Source: a virus. Taken from it: a DNA stretch of 64,000 bases. The notes under the pieces are model-generated. The model saw nothing but the letters and a program-made list of their open reading frames with translations, did not search any database and was not told the origin of the DNA. This document shows positions 10,701 to 18,251 of the stretch, one piece after another. The translations under genes were made by a program, and so were the position numbers. Numbering within the stretch: position 1 is the stretch's first letter; every line of letters starts with the position of its first letter. Location: positions 32,001 through 96,000 of IMG/VR virus record IMGVR_UViG_3300037470_000856; one strand, given 5' to 3'.

Positions 10701-12190
10701 CGCTGGACAGCGTCCTGGAGGCCAAAGCCCCAGTACGCCTTCACCAGGTTAGGGTTGTTGGTCGGGAGGTCGATGCGGTTGTTCGAGAGCGACAGGAAGA
10801 CGTTCTGGCCGAGCGGGTTGTTGCGCCCGTTGCCCGTGGTGGGCTGAGTCGGCAGCGTGAACTTCGTCCGGTCCTCCACCGGAGGTGTCACGGCATCGTT
10901 GACGACGGGCTCCGTCGGCGCCAGAAACCAGCGGTTGTCGACGAGCAGACCGCTGATCTGAGTCGGGCCGAAGGGCGGAGCACCGGGCGTGGTGACGCCC
11001 GGGTTCACGAGGAACGCGGTGCCCCAGACGATGAGGTCGTCCTTGAGGACGAAGTCGGCGTCTTCGATGAAGTCGTTGTTGCCGGGGACGATGCCGCAGC
11101 GCAGGACCTCGGTGACGTTGATGTTCGCGAGGTAGTCGAACGTGTCCTGCCAGGAATTGAAGAAGTACTGGATCGTAACACTCTCGCCGACGCCCGGGGC
11201 GAAGGGGAGCACGACCGCGCGGTTCTGGCCGTCGACCTCGGTCGGGATGACCTGCGTGCCGTCGACGCGGACGGTCACCTTCGAGGTATCCATCGTGGTG
11301 ATGCCGCCGTTGGTGCCGTCCACGATCGGCCCGTTGAAGACGTAGAACGTCCTGTTGCGGTTCGTGTCCTGGCCGTTGGTGAACCCGAGCACCACGTTGA
11401 CGGTGCCCGCGAGGATGCGAATGGCTCGGTCCGCCACAAGACGCACGGCGGTGAGCCCGAAGTTGTTCGTGTAGGTCGAGGCCACCAGGGAAGTGGCCGA
11501 CGCAGCACCGTTGATGAGGGAGACGACCGTGGCCGCGCTCACGCTGCCCGTGGGGAAGGTGACCGAGATCTCCTGGTTCTGGTCGTCGTCGACCCGGAAG
11601 TTGAACTCGTTGGTGTCGACGGTGAACTCGTAAGTGTTCCCGATGGCGCCGTCGAGCACGGCCGACTGAGGCGTGACCTGGTCCGACACGGTGTCGGTGA
11701 TCTGCGTGTCCGTGCGCTTGAAGAAGTAAGTGACGCGGACGTCGTCGCCCAGAACCGGGGCCGTGCTGATCTCGATGACACCGATGTTGGCGCGCGCAAC
11801 GCTCAGGACTACGTCGGGCTGTCCGTTGATCGTCACGAAGATCGAACTGGGATCGGTGGCGATGGTGCCGCTCCCGTCACCGTTGGTGATCGGGTAGTTG
11901 CGGACCTGGATGCGCCGGCGCTCTCCGTTGAAGTTGCCGAGCGTGACCTCGCCCGTCTGGCTGATGCTCACGACGGCGCGACCGGTCTCGTCCTCCTGGG
12001 GGACCTGCTGGTCCACCGACGAGCTCGAGCCACGGAGGACCTCAAGGCTCTGCTGCTGGAGAAGTTCGTTGCCCGTCCCGATCATGACCGGGATGCGCAC
12101 ACCTGCGAGGACACCCGAGACCGGGTTGTCGAATTTTGTGCGGGTGTAGACGCCAGGGGGGCTGTAAATGGTACCCGGAAAATTTGCCAC
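4748..12190 (-). CDS. Giant tail sheath protein with large internal insertions
   Basis: N-terminal YSPPGVYT motif and C-terminal sheath domain (ERTAIIG...IRIRQGLTT...FIGIK...FYQPVFPLLYIVITFNL) of contractile sheaths; 2480 aa. Confidence 0.9.
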   Translation of the reverse strand: MANFPGTIYSPPGVYTRTKFDNPVSGVLAGVRIPVMIGTGNELLQQQSLEVLRGSSSSVDQQVPQEDETGRAVVSISQTGEVTLGNFNGERRRIQVRNYPITNGDGSGTIATDPSSIFVTINGQPDVVLSVARANIGVIEISTAPVLGDDVRVTYFFKRTDTQITDTVSDQVTPQSAVLDGAIGNTYEFTVDTNEFNFRVDDDQNQEISVTFPTGSVSAATVVSLINGAASATSLVASTYTNNFGLTAVRLVADRAIRILAGTVNVVLGFTNGQDTNRNRTFYVFNGPIVDGTNGGITTMDTSKVTVRVDGTQVIPTEVDGQNRAVVLPFAPGVGESVTIQYFFNSWQDTFDYLANINVTEVLRCGIVPGNNDFIEDADFVLKDDLIVWGTAFLVNPGVTTPGAPPFGPTQISGLLVDNRWFLAPTEPVVNDAVTPPVEDRTKFTLPTQPTTGNGRNNPLGQNVFLSLSNNRIDLPTNNPNLVKAYWGFGLQDAVQRGAVAVTAVNGTEITLKDPVPVGADVWATFYYNILVDEEYTVTVETSGPSGIGNYFLFDSNGNPIFTPNFGVKGPAMTGVTVQFPSGSELTPDVHFEGGTDGPVEETVTVTFADEDATIAKFTVDGAGPYAFVTGESDRARFLVDSAVLAGGAAGIDLSAPHGVQGLGFSASLLGDEIAYTDDSGKTTYDILSGINDTVAMTVDGVVLTVTVPSQTGVDADAYVEAINADAKLVANAPFLDGTTRFLGATVMTAGEYDQLVFNYMGVTNGSTGPVTATIAPGIYLSPSTMAAAVNSALDTAIAALPASFDGIDIVCSANADGQMRFTFTGADTDLGTFATGTVTNVGSIVGDTITIGGITLTGELGVTAGGLNYDTGQARGTLIPMSVEPGDTFTIDTTVLGGGPVLITATGAQTPGGINFNEGTQATGTLTVSGPIPNDTVTVDGITLTALGAQTPGGLNFDEGTRSTGSATLTGVQYGDTITIDTSVVGGGPVTLTASNTLTPGGMDFNVGTAATGDFMTMGVRAVSAGPWPVVAADTTAINGNVLTPVEGARTPGADDFDAGTRSLGMLTVVADSLGPSTGVLYGDTLIIAGIALTADDVTTPGGLNFNAGIQAIDTLIVMAAPASATITIDSGGANGGPFPLSPAGGPRTPGANDYDETLGTTAAIAAEIAAALNDPANSFSTFMSAAVGPGPSDVTLPWTVPGSFANVVTNMSSDGTVTTTGGFGGGVGDEIATATAIVAAILDPLNGLTGTVQAHNTGGASAVVDIRAITPGVAGDSISTVSTAPVRLTFGAATLMGGVGTDATAATDAAAAINDVANSFDGDVSAVVVGTTVNLTAVIPGIVGNFITLSTTAAGRFVLSGGTLLGGVGDDISVATSLVAAITDLANGLTLVVASNVGGTSNVVTIDAFTPGIVGDGITLSTTAAARIVLSGGTLLGGVGDNTTVAASIAAAINDAGNGISVTVTAMAVGSGVTMTAVTPGNAGNIIDTTSSSATRLLMSALTLQGGVGTNLSVATSIVAAINDPGNGLALYLTANNEGGTSTTVTVWANIPGVGANGVLLMSSPGVRLPVSGATFGGGLTDVGVATTIVTATTDPLNGLDALVTADNTSGTSSTVDLTAAVPGPSGNFIDLSSSSGVRLPVSASTLTGGTGLGGGVFEFIDASSVGEDFAVLAGLSTDALPSQEQTKVIDGDIARRFTVAGSSGRLLYDRILMRNRVVPGSGSIRPESQVAQTSLVVEGTNASAFTGLSAKAFGQADIEATIRPASLFGEVGFKDGQVASGTYGDDRDGQPAVQFYGASGLNPRNNVFKFNIDGTPVTVVVTDGTGAAIPAAGEALVPLGPVTSPNTVLRQIQTACVGAGLPADSVVQEGAGIRLVSSLSDTSSAVTINDGNANDVLGFSEGATAARSLVEVEKVASALMMHHSTTVNGALLDYQSPDTTFFADQALAGKMVDSANNEFLFVQSQANNIVGLGASSNISFLNASTASWLLTGTGLDVASGDGASGESGFQGFYVTSSDPIDGSGSVDTSCLNNGVGQDGVIGQTYRDTKTGLVFTILERQGGADYPTGAGAWFTFEVRKLVTTDANLPANSIPGLELTVANTEGSTIPQGDTAIVETFESGGQEPAVGDSYFVTYNYTKTEADFETMLFTNQRAVERNYGEISPDNPVSLAAFLSFLNGAVVLGIKQVPKIPGSNQASTPSYLDALNDLRGPLPGGGTLDTITPLKGDDVDLFLALKNHCDIQSSIRYRSERTAIIGVSSGTQPSDVGGIANQIHNTRIRLVYPDIVTVTIQDALGNDKQFLVDGTYLAAAVAGDRARPNIDVATPWTRARIVGFDQLQRNLDAVEQNQVAVQGVTVLDQSGTVIRIRQGLTTDISNILTKLPTVITIADEVQRAARRDLDRFIGIKFLPGVLSEIEGQLATTMKALKNAEIITAFTGIQARTTNDPTVVEVEAFYQPVFPLLYIVITFNLRSNLGG

Positions 12191-12422
12191 GGTTTCAACT
12201 CCTTACGAGCCTTCTTGAAAGCCCCGGTTGCAGGTCGCTGGTTGCGCGCTCGAGGCACGCTTGAGTTCACATGCGAGGTCCCATATCGGTTCGTCTATCG
12301 GTTTCCATCTGGCCATCCCCGAGGGGAGGAAGGGTTTGAGTCCCGCGCTCGGCGGGGTCTGTGTCGATCTCGGTCTGTCTGGTCTGGCTACGTTTGGGTC
12401 CCCCTCGAGGAGGGGGCCGGGG

Positions 12423-12905
12423 TTAGCGACCGCTCCCTGTCGCAGGAGGCTGCTTCGACGCGTCTTTTCGGCGCGCGTCCTTCCAATCCTGAATGCGGTG
12501 CATCGCCTCCTGGTTCTGGAGACGAGCCTTCTTGGCGGCCACGCGCTCTTGCTCGGACATGACGAGATACTCCCCGTCATCGAGCCGGCTAAGATGGTCG
12601 CCGGTGGTGTTGTTGGCGGCGATCACGCGCCGCTTGTAGTCCTGCCGCCGCTGGAACTCGGCCAGGCTCTGCGCCGCGCTCCTGCCGATCACCACGTCAA
12701 CGTCGTGATCGACCGAGGTTGCCCCCGTGTTCTGCGGGGCCGGGCTGCCGGGCCGGTGGGCGAATTTGGAACCCGCCGTCGAGAGCTGGCGAAACGCACT
12801 CTCGCCGCACCGCCTGCACGAAAGGGACTCCTTCGCGCCCTGGGTGGATTGCATCGCCCCGAACTGTGATCCGCAGCTCTGGCACTGGTACTTGAAAATT
12901 GGCAA
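12423..12905 (-). CDS. FmdB-type zinc-ribbon protein
   Basis: MPIFKYQCQSCG...CRRCG signature. Confidence 0.7.
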   Translation of the reverse strand: MPIFKYQCQSCGSQFGAMQSTQGAKESLSCRRCGESAFRQLSTAGSKFAHRPGSPAPQNTGATSVDHDVDVVIGRSAAQSLAEFQRRQDYKRRVIAANNTTGDHLSRLDDGEYLVMSEQERVAAKKARLQNQEAMHRIQDWKDARRKDASKQPPATGSGR

Positions 12906-12945
12906 GCGCGCGTGCTCCGTCTATTAGGGCGCCGATATAGGCTCA

Positions 12946-14205
12946 CTAACGGAGCATCTCACCAGTCCCGTAGACGCCGGGGCGTCCCTTCTTACCGACG
13001 AAGAAGGGATCCCACGGAGCGTGGAGGCCCAGAGTCTCCAGGGCGCGGATGTTGGTCTGGATTTCGGCGATCTGTTCGTCCGTGAGCCCGGCGATCTGCT
13101 CGATGAAAGGCGGAGTCGTGGGCGAGGTCCCCGGCTCAAGGGGCGGCCCGCCCCCGGGCTCAACGCCCAGCAGGGTGATGCCGAGGGGAACGTGGATGGC
13201 CCAGTCCGTCTGGAGTTGCATCGAGATGCTCCCGTTGTAGAAGTAGTCATCGGCGTTCTCGTCGTAGACCTCCTCGGTCTCGCCGCCGAAGTTCACGGAG
13301 AGGATCTCGATCCCCTGGCTCGAGAGCCGGGGCCGCGCGGTCGACCAGAGGTACAGGCCCGTCTGGTCGACAATTTCACGTTGGGCGCGGGGGTCCCGGG
13401 CGATGATGTCCATGTCGAGGGTCAGGTCCCAGCGGCCGCCGTACTCGAACGCGGCGATGGTACGCTTGCGCTGCACCACCACGGCGAGGCGGTCGCCGGC
13501 CGTGACGCGACGGCCAAAGGCGAGGATGGTTCCCGGGATCGGCTCGCGGAGAGCCCTGTTCTCAAAGACCTCCCAGGGACCGGTCGTCTCGCCGGGACAC
13601 CGGTAGTCGGCCGAGAGGAACTCGTCGTCCTCGAGGTCGTCGACGAGGGTGACCTCGCCAGTGGCGGGGTCCGCCGTATAGTTCGTCCCCTCGTACAGCC
13701 GGAGGTTGCCAGGCATCCGGTAGAGTTTGAGCGTCCCGGACAGAAACTTGCCCTTCTGGAGCTGGTACTGCGTGTCGTTGATCTGGAGGGGGGTCTCGTC
13801 GATGACGTCGAACAACGGGTCCACGAAGAATGTCTGGTCCGTCGGGTTGCCGTTCGCGTCGCAGAAATCGATGAAATAGATCCCCGGCTCACTCGGGAAC
13901 ATGCCGTCGTTCGCCTGGATGGCGAGCGCGTCCTCCCGCACCCACTCGATGGACAGGTTAGGCTTGCCATCCACGAACGCGAGGTACACGTAGCTCTGCA
14001 CCGTCCCCTGGAAATTGTCGGCGGCGAGTTGGGCCTGGTTGCCGGCGCTGTTCTTGAGGACGATGCCAAACTGCGGGCGCTCGCGGAAGCTGTACTTCCC
14101 CTGAATGTGGGAGACGATGCCCTTGTACTTGGGGTGGTACGCCCAGTACCTGCGGAGTTCCTCGATGAATTTCCGCTGCACCTGTTCGGTCAAAAAATAA
14201 TACAT
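12946..14205 (-). CDS. Putative tail completion/terminator (neck) protein
   Basis: 419 aa structural-type ORF with an Ig-like insert (EGTNYTADPATGEVTL), upstream of the sheath. Function inferred from position. Confidence 0.5.
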   Translation of the reverse strand: MYYFLTEQVQRKFIEELRRYWAYHPKYKGIVSHIQGKYSFRERPQFGIVLKNSAGNQAQLAADNFQGTVQSYVYLAFVDGKPNLSIEWVREDALAIQANDGMFPSEPGIYFIDFCDANGNPTDQTFFVDPLFDVIDETPLQINDTQYQLQKGKFLSGTLKLYRMPGNLRLYEGTNYTADPATGEVTLVDDLEDDEFLSADYRCPGETTGPWEVFENRALREPIPGTILAFGRRVTAGDRLAVVVQRKRTIAAFEYGGRWDLTLDMDIIARDPRAQREIVDQTGLYLWSTARPRLSSQGIEILSVNFGGETEEVYDENADDYFYNGSISMQLQTDWAIHVPLGITLLGVEPGGGPPLEPGTSPTTPPFIEQIAGLTDEQIAEIQTNIRALETLGLHAPWDPFFVGKKGRPGVYGTGEMLR

Positions 14206-14214
14206 TTCAACACC

Positions 14215-14835
14215 TTACAGGTTTTGATCGGTCACTTTGAACGTCCAGCCGCGGCTATGAGCGAAACGCCTTCCGGTGTTCAGCTTGTCGTTTTCGATCA
14301 CGCGCCGAGGTTTGATCTCCTCCAACTCAGGCGTGCGTCCCTCGTAGATCACGAGGATGTCCGGCGTGTAATGTTTGGTCGTCCCCTCCCACGGGTACGG
14401 GATTGAGCAAGGCTGCGGCTTGGACATGAGCACGTCTGGATCGCCGTCGAGTTCTTGGAACCGGAAGAGTTCCCACAAACTCATGTAGAAGACGCGCCCG
14501 GCCTTGGGTGACTCGTAATACCCGCGCAGGAAACCTGCGCCCGTGGTTCGAAGGCGCTGAGTGACGATGCGGGACATCTTGGCCCGGTACGCGGGCGTCC
14601 GAGCGACCTTGTCCTTCTTGCCCGTGCGTGCTGCCGAGATTTTCGCCCGAGTCTCGGGGCTGCGTACGATGCCGGTCATAGCCTCAGACCGCCATTTCAA
14701 CCCATGTGCTCGAAAAGAATCGCGCACAAGGCTGTAGGGAACCGCTTTGGCGATCTTGTGAAGGGATAGACCTTGGTCGAAGTAGAGCCCCTCCAGAATT
14801 TCACGTTCAAGAAGCGGTTGGGTACGTGCCGGCAC
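14215..14835 (-). CDS. Putative free-standing homing endonuclease (NUMOD3-like + TnsA-like PD-(D/E)xK)
   Basis: RSPETRAKISAARTG (NUMOD3-like) and SLWE...YTPDILVIY...EEIKP (TnsA_N-like). Composition appears less GC-rich than the neighbours. Confidence 0.7.
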   Translation of the reverse strand: MPARTQPLLEREILEGLYFDQGLSLHKIAKAVPYSLVRDSFRAHGLKWRSEAMTGIVRSPETRAKISAARTGKKDKVARTPAYRAKMSRIVTQRLRTTGAGFLRGYYESPKAGRVFYMSLWELFRFQELDGDPDVLMSKPQPCSIPYPWEGTTKHYTPDILVIYEGRTPELEEIKPRRVIENDKLNTGRRFAHSRGWTFKVTDQNL

Positions 14836-14837
14836 AG

Positions 14838-14874
14838 CTCAAAGCCTCCTGTGACTCTCACAGGAGGCTTTGAG
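14838..14874 (-). promoter_or_regulatory. 17-bp perfect hairpin sequestering the RBS of the endonuclease gene
   Basis: ctcaaagcctcctgtga-ctc-tcacaggaggctttgag. On the minus strand AGGAGG lies in the 3' arm, just before GTG 14835. Confidence 0.8.
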
Positions 14875-14883
14875 ATAGGACGA

Positions 14884-15939
14884 TTAGTCCCCGGAGCCGC
14901 CGAACGCCTCGTTGAGTGTCGCGGCGATGGATTCCCGGTCCGGCATCTCGTCCTCTTGGTGCGTCTCGCAGAGTCCCCACCGGAAGCAGCCACCACCGGG
15001 GGGAAGCTGCGCCAGACGCACCTTGTGGCCCTTCCGATCGGTCCGGGCCCAGTCCACCACTTCGTCAATCTTCGCAGAGCCCTTTGAGCTGTTGCGCTCG
15101 ATGACCGCCTCAAAGAAGGCCGGGTTCTCCTTGCCGTAGCGGCCGGGCTGCTCCTCGTTGCGGCGACTCCGGATCGCGTGGAAGAGAGTCTCGAGTTCGC
15201 GGACCATTTCGATGTGCTCGGGCGCGAGCTTTGCGATGAGGGCGATCTCGTCCTTGCGCGCGAGGATGCACGGGTAGCAGCCGACGCGGTTGTGCCCCAT
15301 CGTGTAGAGCGGGTTCACGGGGATGTCGTGGCGCTGGTGAATGCGAAGCACGTCGTCGGTACGCCAGTGGTGGATCGGGAGCCACATTTGGCCGTCCCAC
15401 TGCGAGTCGAAGTACCACCGCTCCTTCGCGGCTCGAGACACGCTCTCCTCGGCGCGCACGCCGATGACGTTGACCGTGTCGAGGTCGGTCTCCTCCTGCA
15501 CTCTGAGGTGATAGTTCTTGATCGGGCGCAGCTTGTACTCGATCGTGCACCACCGTCCGATGCGAAGAGGCGACCCTCCCCGGTACAGCATCCCGCGGGG
15601 GAGCGCGCCGAATTTGCGGCCGAGCCTCTTCTCCGCGGCCTCGACGAGTTCCTCAGCCCACGGCTCGAGCTCGGGAGGCGTCGTGCCGACCACGGCCACG
15701 TCGAGCCCGAGTTTCTCGGAGATCTCGTGCACGTAGTCGACGGTGCTGTCGGCCTCCCACCCCGTGTCGGCGAAGACGTGCCTCGCCTCGATGCCGTGCT
15801 CGATCAGGGCGAGCGCGGTGGCGACCGAGTCCTTCCCCCCGCTGAACGAGACGATGGGCTGGTAGTCGGTGAGGTCTGGGACGAAGGAGAGGTCGGTCTT
15901 GGTTTCCGTCCACAGGGAGAGACCGTCGGACTTGCTCAC
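14884..15939 (-). CDS. PAPS/APS reductase family protein
   Basis: SFSGGKDS PP-loop, ADTGWE, WCT..YK, GVRAEES..R, RVGCYPC. Confidence 0.85.
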   Translation of the reverse strand: MSKSDGLSLWTETKTDLSFVPDLTDYQPIVSFSGGKDSVATALALIEHGIEARHVFADTGWEADSTVDYVHEISEKLGLDVAVVGTTPPELEPWAEELVEAAEKRLGRKFGALPRGMLYRGGSPLRIGRWCTIEYKLRPIKNYHLRVQEETDLDTVNVIGVRAEESVSRAAKERWYFDSQWDGQMWLPIHHWRTDDVLRIHQRHDIPVNPLYTMGHNRVGCYPCILARKDEIALIAKLAPEHIEMVRELETLFHAIRSRRNEEQPGRYGKENPAFFEAVIERNSSKGSAKIDEVVDWARTDRKGHKVRLAQLPPGGGCFRWGLCETHQEDEMPDRESIAATLNEAFGGSGD

Positions 15940-16949
15940 TCGTCCTCGTATTCCTGCAAGGCCTGGACGAGCAGGCCCCGCGCGACCGCGTCGAGCGGCT
16001 CACGGGCCGCGCGAACCTCCGACACCTCGATCGGAAACTTCCTCTTCTTCTGCTCGAAGACCTGCTGGAAGAACTCAAGGAAGCCCCCGGCCTTGCTCGT
16101 GCCGCCCGAGATGACAATCGGGATCGGGTTGGGCAGTGCGAACTTGTTCTGGATCTTGACGAACTCCTTGGCGACGTTGTCGAGCGCGTACTCGATCAAC
16201 GCCTTGTAGTACACGCAGAGCGCCTCCTCGTCGCGGCTCTGCGGGTGCACGAGATTGAGCCCCTTCTCCTTGAGAGAGCACATGCGGGCCTGCGTCGAGC
16301 CAACAGACTTCGCCGCGCCCGCGTCGATCCAGTCTCCTCCGCGCGCCACCGAGAAACTCAGCCCCTCGATGGTGTTGATGGCGAGTGTCACGTTCGTCAT
16401 GCCCGACCCGAACGAGAAGGCGATGCCGCTGAACACATCCTTCGCGCACTCGGAGTAGATGATGGCCAGCGCCTCGTTGCTCGGGAAGGGACGGTATCCA
16501 CACTCGCTCACGATACGCTCGAGGACGCCGCGGTGGTACACAATGTCGCGAGACGGGTCGTCGACGGGAGCCGCGGGCACGGAGAAGTAACAGATCTCGT
16601 TCTCCTCCTTCGGCTCGCCCAGGACGTGTCGCACGAGGACGCCGAGGATTTCGAGCGCGTCGATCTCCCCGGCCGCGACAAGCCCCGACTGGAGCGGACG
16701 ACGGACCTCCCTGCTCATCATGTTCGCCATGTCGTAGGCGGCGTCCCCCACGACGATGAGGTCGTTCTCCTTCTCGATGTAGTTCACGCCCGACAGCCGC
16801 AGCATCTTGCGGTTCTCGGCAGGCAGGTCGAGGAAGGCGTCACGGATACGGTTCGTGACTACGCCCTTCTTGGTGCGCCTCGCGGCCACGATGTTCATCG
16901 TGCCCATGTCGAGGCCAACGCCCAGGGTCAAAACTTCTTCTTCGGTCAT
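15936..16949 (-). CDS. Actin-like (MreB/FtsA/ParM superfamily) ATPase
   Basis: GLDMGT (phosphate 1), NEA, SFGSGMT (phosphate 2), GGDWID and ISGGT (adenosine) actin-fold motifs. Confidence 0.8.
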   Translation of the reverse strand: MTEEEVLTLGVGLDMGTMNIVAARRTKKGVVTNRIRDAFLDLPAENRKMLRLSGVNYIEKENDLIVVGDAAYDMANMMSREVRRPLQSGLVAAGEIDALEILGVLVRHVLGEPKEENEICYFSVPAAPVDDPSRDIVYHRGVLERIVSECGYRPFPSNEALAIIYSECAKDVFSGIAFSFGSGMTNVTLAINTIEGLSFSVARGGDWIDAGAAKSVGSTQARMCSLKEKGLNLVHPQSRDEEALCVYYKALIEYALDNVAKEFVKIQNKFALPNPIPIVISGGTSKAGGFLEFFQQVFEQKKRKFPIEVSEVRAAREPLDAVARGLLVQALQEYEDE

Positions 16950-16952
16950 CGG

Positions 16953-17699
16953 TCACTTCTCCTGGCTGCCCTTACTTCTACCGCGCCGAATTCGCTTCAT
17001 TTCACGAAGCGCGGCCTGGGCGGCGTCGAGGTCGCCCGTGCCCTCGGTCTTCTGGCTTTTCACGGTGATCTTGCCTTTCGCGTCCTTGTCCACGATGGCC
17101 GCGGGGATGAACAGCGGGTCCTCGGGACCGTCGGAGGTCGATCCCTGCCGTCCCGGGGCACCCACGGGCGCCGGGACTCCCACGCGTCTGAGGACGCTCT
17201 CGAGGACGTTCTCGAGCTGAGCGGCGTCGAGCCCTGGCTGCTGCGCCGGGGCAGGCTGAGGAGCCTCGTGCGGCTCTCGAGCGGCGAGGGCCTTTCCCAC
17301 CTCCTCGGCGATGGCCGCTCGGAGGCTGGGGACGAGATCGCCGATCAGTTCGGCCTTTATCTTGCGCGCAAACTCGTCCGTGTCGATCTTCGACTCGACC
17401 TCGACGATGCGCTCGACCTCGATCACTTCGGGCTCGCGGCGGGGAGCGACCTGCGGACGCGAGCCCGCCACGAAGGGGGGCGGAGGACGACGAGGGGGCG
17501 GAGGACGACGAAGGGATTTCTCCATGCGACGCACCTTTCTGTAGACGCGGACGTTGCCCTTGCGCTGCTCCTTCGCCAGGTCAGAGGACGCGTCCGCGGC
17601 CGCGATCGAGACCCACCGTTCCTCCCCACGCCTGAGCCCGACGATCCCGAGATCCGGGATGTTGCAGGGATCGCAGCAGATAATTTGTGCCTCAATCAT
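16953..17699 (-). CDS. Hypothetical protein (start reassigned to MIEAQIICC)
   Basis: ATG at 17699 overlaps the upstream stop (ATGA); Pro-rich linker. Confidence 0.6.
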   Translation of the reverse strand: MIEAQIICCDPCNIPDLGIVGLRRGEERWVSIAAADASSDLAKEQRKGNVRVYRKVRRMEKSLRRPPPPRRPPPPFVAGSRPQVAPRREPEVIEVERIVEVESKIDTDEFARKIKAELIGDLVPSLRAAIAEEVGKALAAREPHEAPQPAPAQQPGLDAAQLENVLESVLRRVGVPAPVGAPGRQGSTSDGPEDPLFIPAAIVDKDAKGKITVKSQKTEGTGDLDAAQAALREMKRIRRGRSKGSQEK

Positions 17700-18238
17700 A
17701 CGATGGGCGTCTTCTTGAGGATGTTGCCGACCTGCTTCTCGAGCTCGAGCGCGAACTTCCGTCTGGCCTTCTCGTACCCACGTCGGAGGAAGTTGTGCTT
17801 CCTGAACCCCGGGTGAACCCAGGGCTTCTGCATGAGTCCAGGGGTGCTTCTGATCAGCACTGTACCGGGCTGCTTGCCAGCCATCGGGACACGCGAGACG
17901 CCCTCGACCTGCGTGAGCCACTCCATCGGATAGGACTTGCGCCCCTCCGTGATCTGCTCGATCCACGGCCACGTCGAGTGGATCTCGATCGTGTTGCCGT
18001 CGACCTTGTACGAGAAACTCTGGAAGAATTTTTCGGAGGCCGGAATGCCCTCGGGGACCCCCTCAGGCGTGGGACGGCCGCCCTGTTTGGCGAAGTCCTT
18101 GCGCGCCTCGAGGAGAATGGCGCCGAGGAGGAAGCCCCCAAGTTTCTCCATGAAGGGCGGCGTGAGGAAGTCCTCCTGCTTGAGGCCCACCCACGTCTTG
18201 CCGCGGGTCTGCTTGAGTTTGGCGGAGGGTTTGGCCAT
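17696..18238 (-). CDS. Putative neck/tail-associated morphogenesis protein
   Basis: Basic 180-aa ORF with WVHPG...NFLRRG motif, in the neck gene cluster. Confidence 0.45.
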   Translation of the reverse strand: MAKPSAKLKQTRGKTWVGLKQEDFLTPPFMEKLGGFLLGAILLEARKDFAKQGGRPTPEGVPEGIPASEKFFQSFSYKVDGNTIEIHSTWPWIEQITEGRKSYPMEWLTQVEGVSRVPMAGKQPGTVLIRSTPGLMQKPWVHPGFRKHNFLRRGYEKARRKFALELEKQVGNILKKTPIV

Positions 18239-18251
18239 TCACCATTCCACC

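Noticed and set aside
5171-12562. Long plus-strand ORFs (536, 545 and 1380 aa, and similar ones such as 37973-41527 and 52839-55193)
   Set aside because: Antisense shadows of high-GC minus-strand genes; biased composition and no motifs.
581-14205. Bacterial contractile injection system (eCIS/T6SS/tailocin) interpretation
   Set aside because: Capsid, scaffold and protease genes are in the same region, so this is a phage.
14215-14835. Tn7-like transposon suggested by the TnsA-like domain
   Set aside because: No TnsB/TnsC or transposon ends; the NUMOD3 fusion fits a homing endonuclease.
14884-15939. Dnd phosphorothioate system
   Set aside because: Only a PAPS-reductase-family gene is present; no other dnd/ssp genes in the window.
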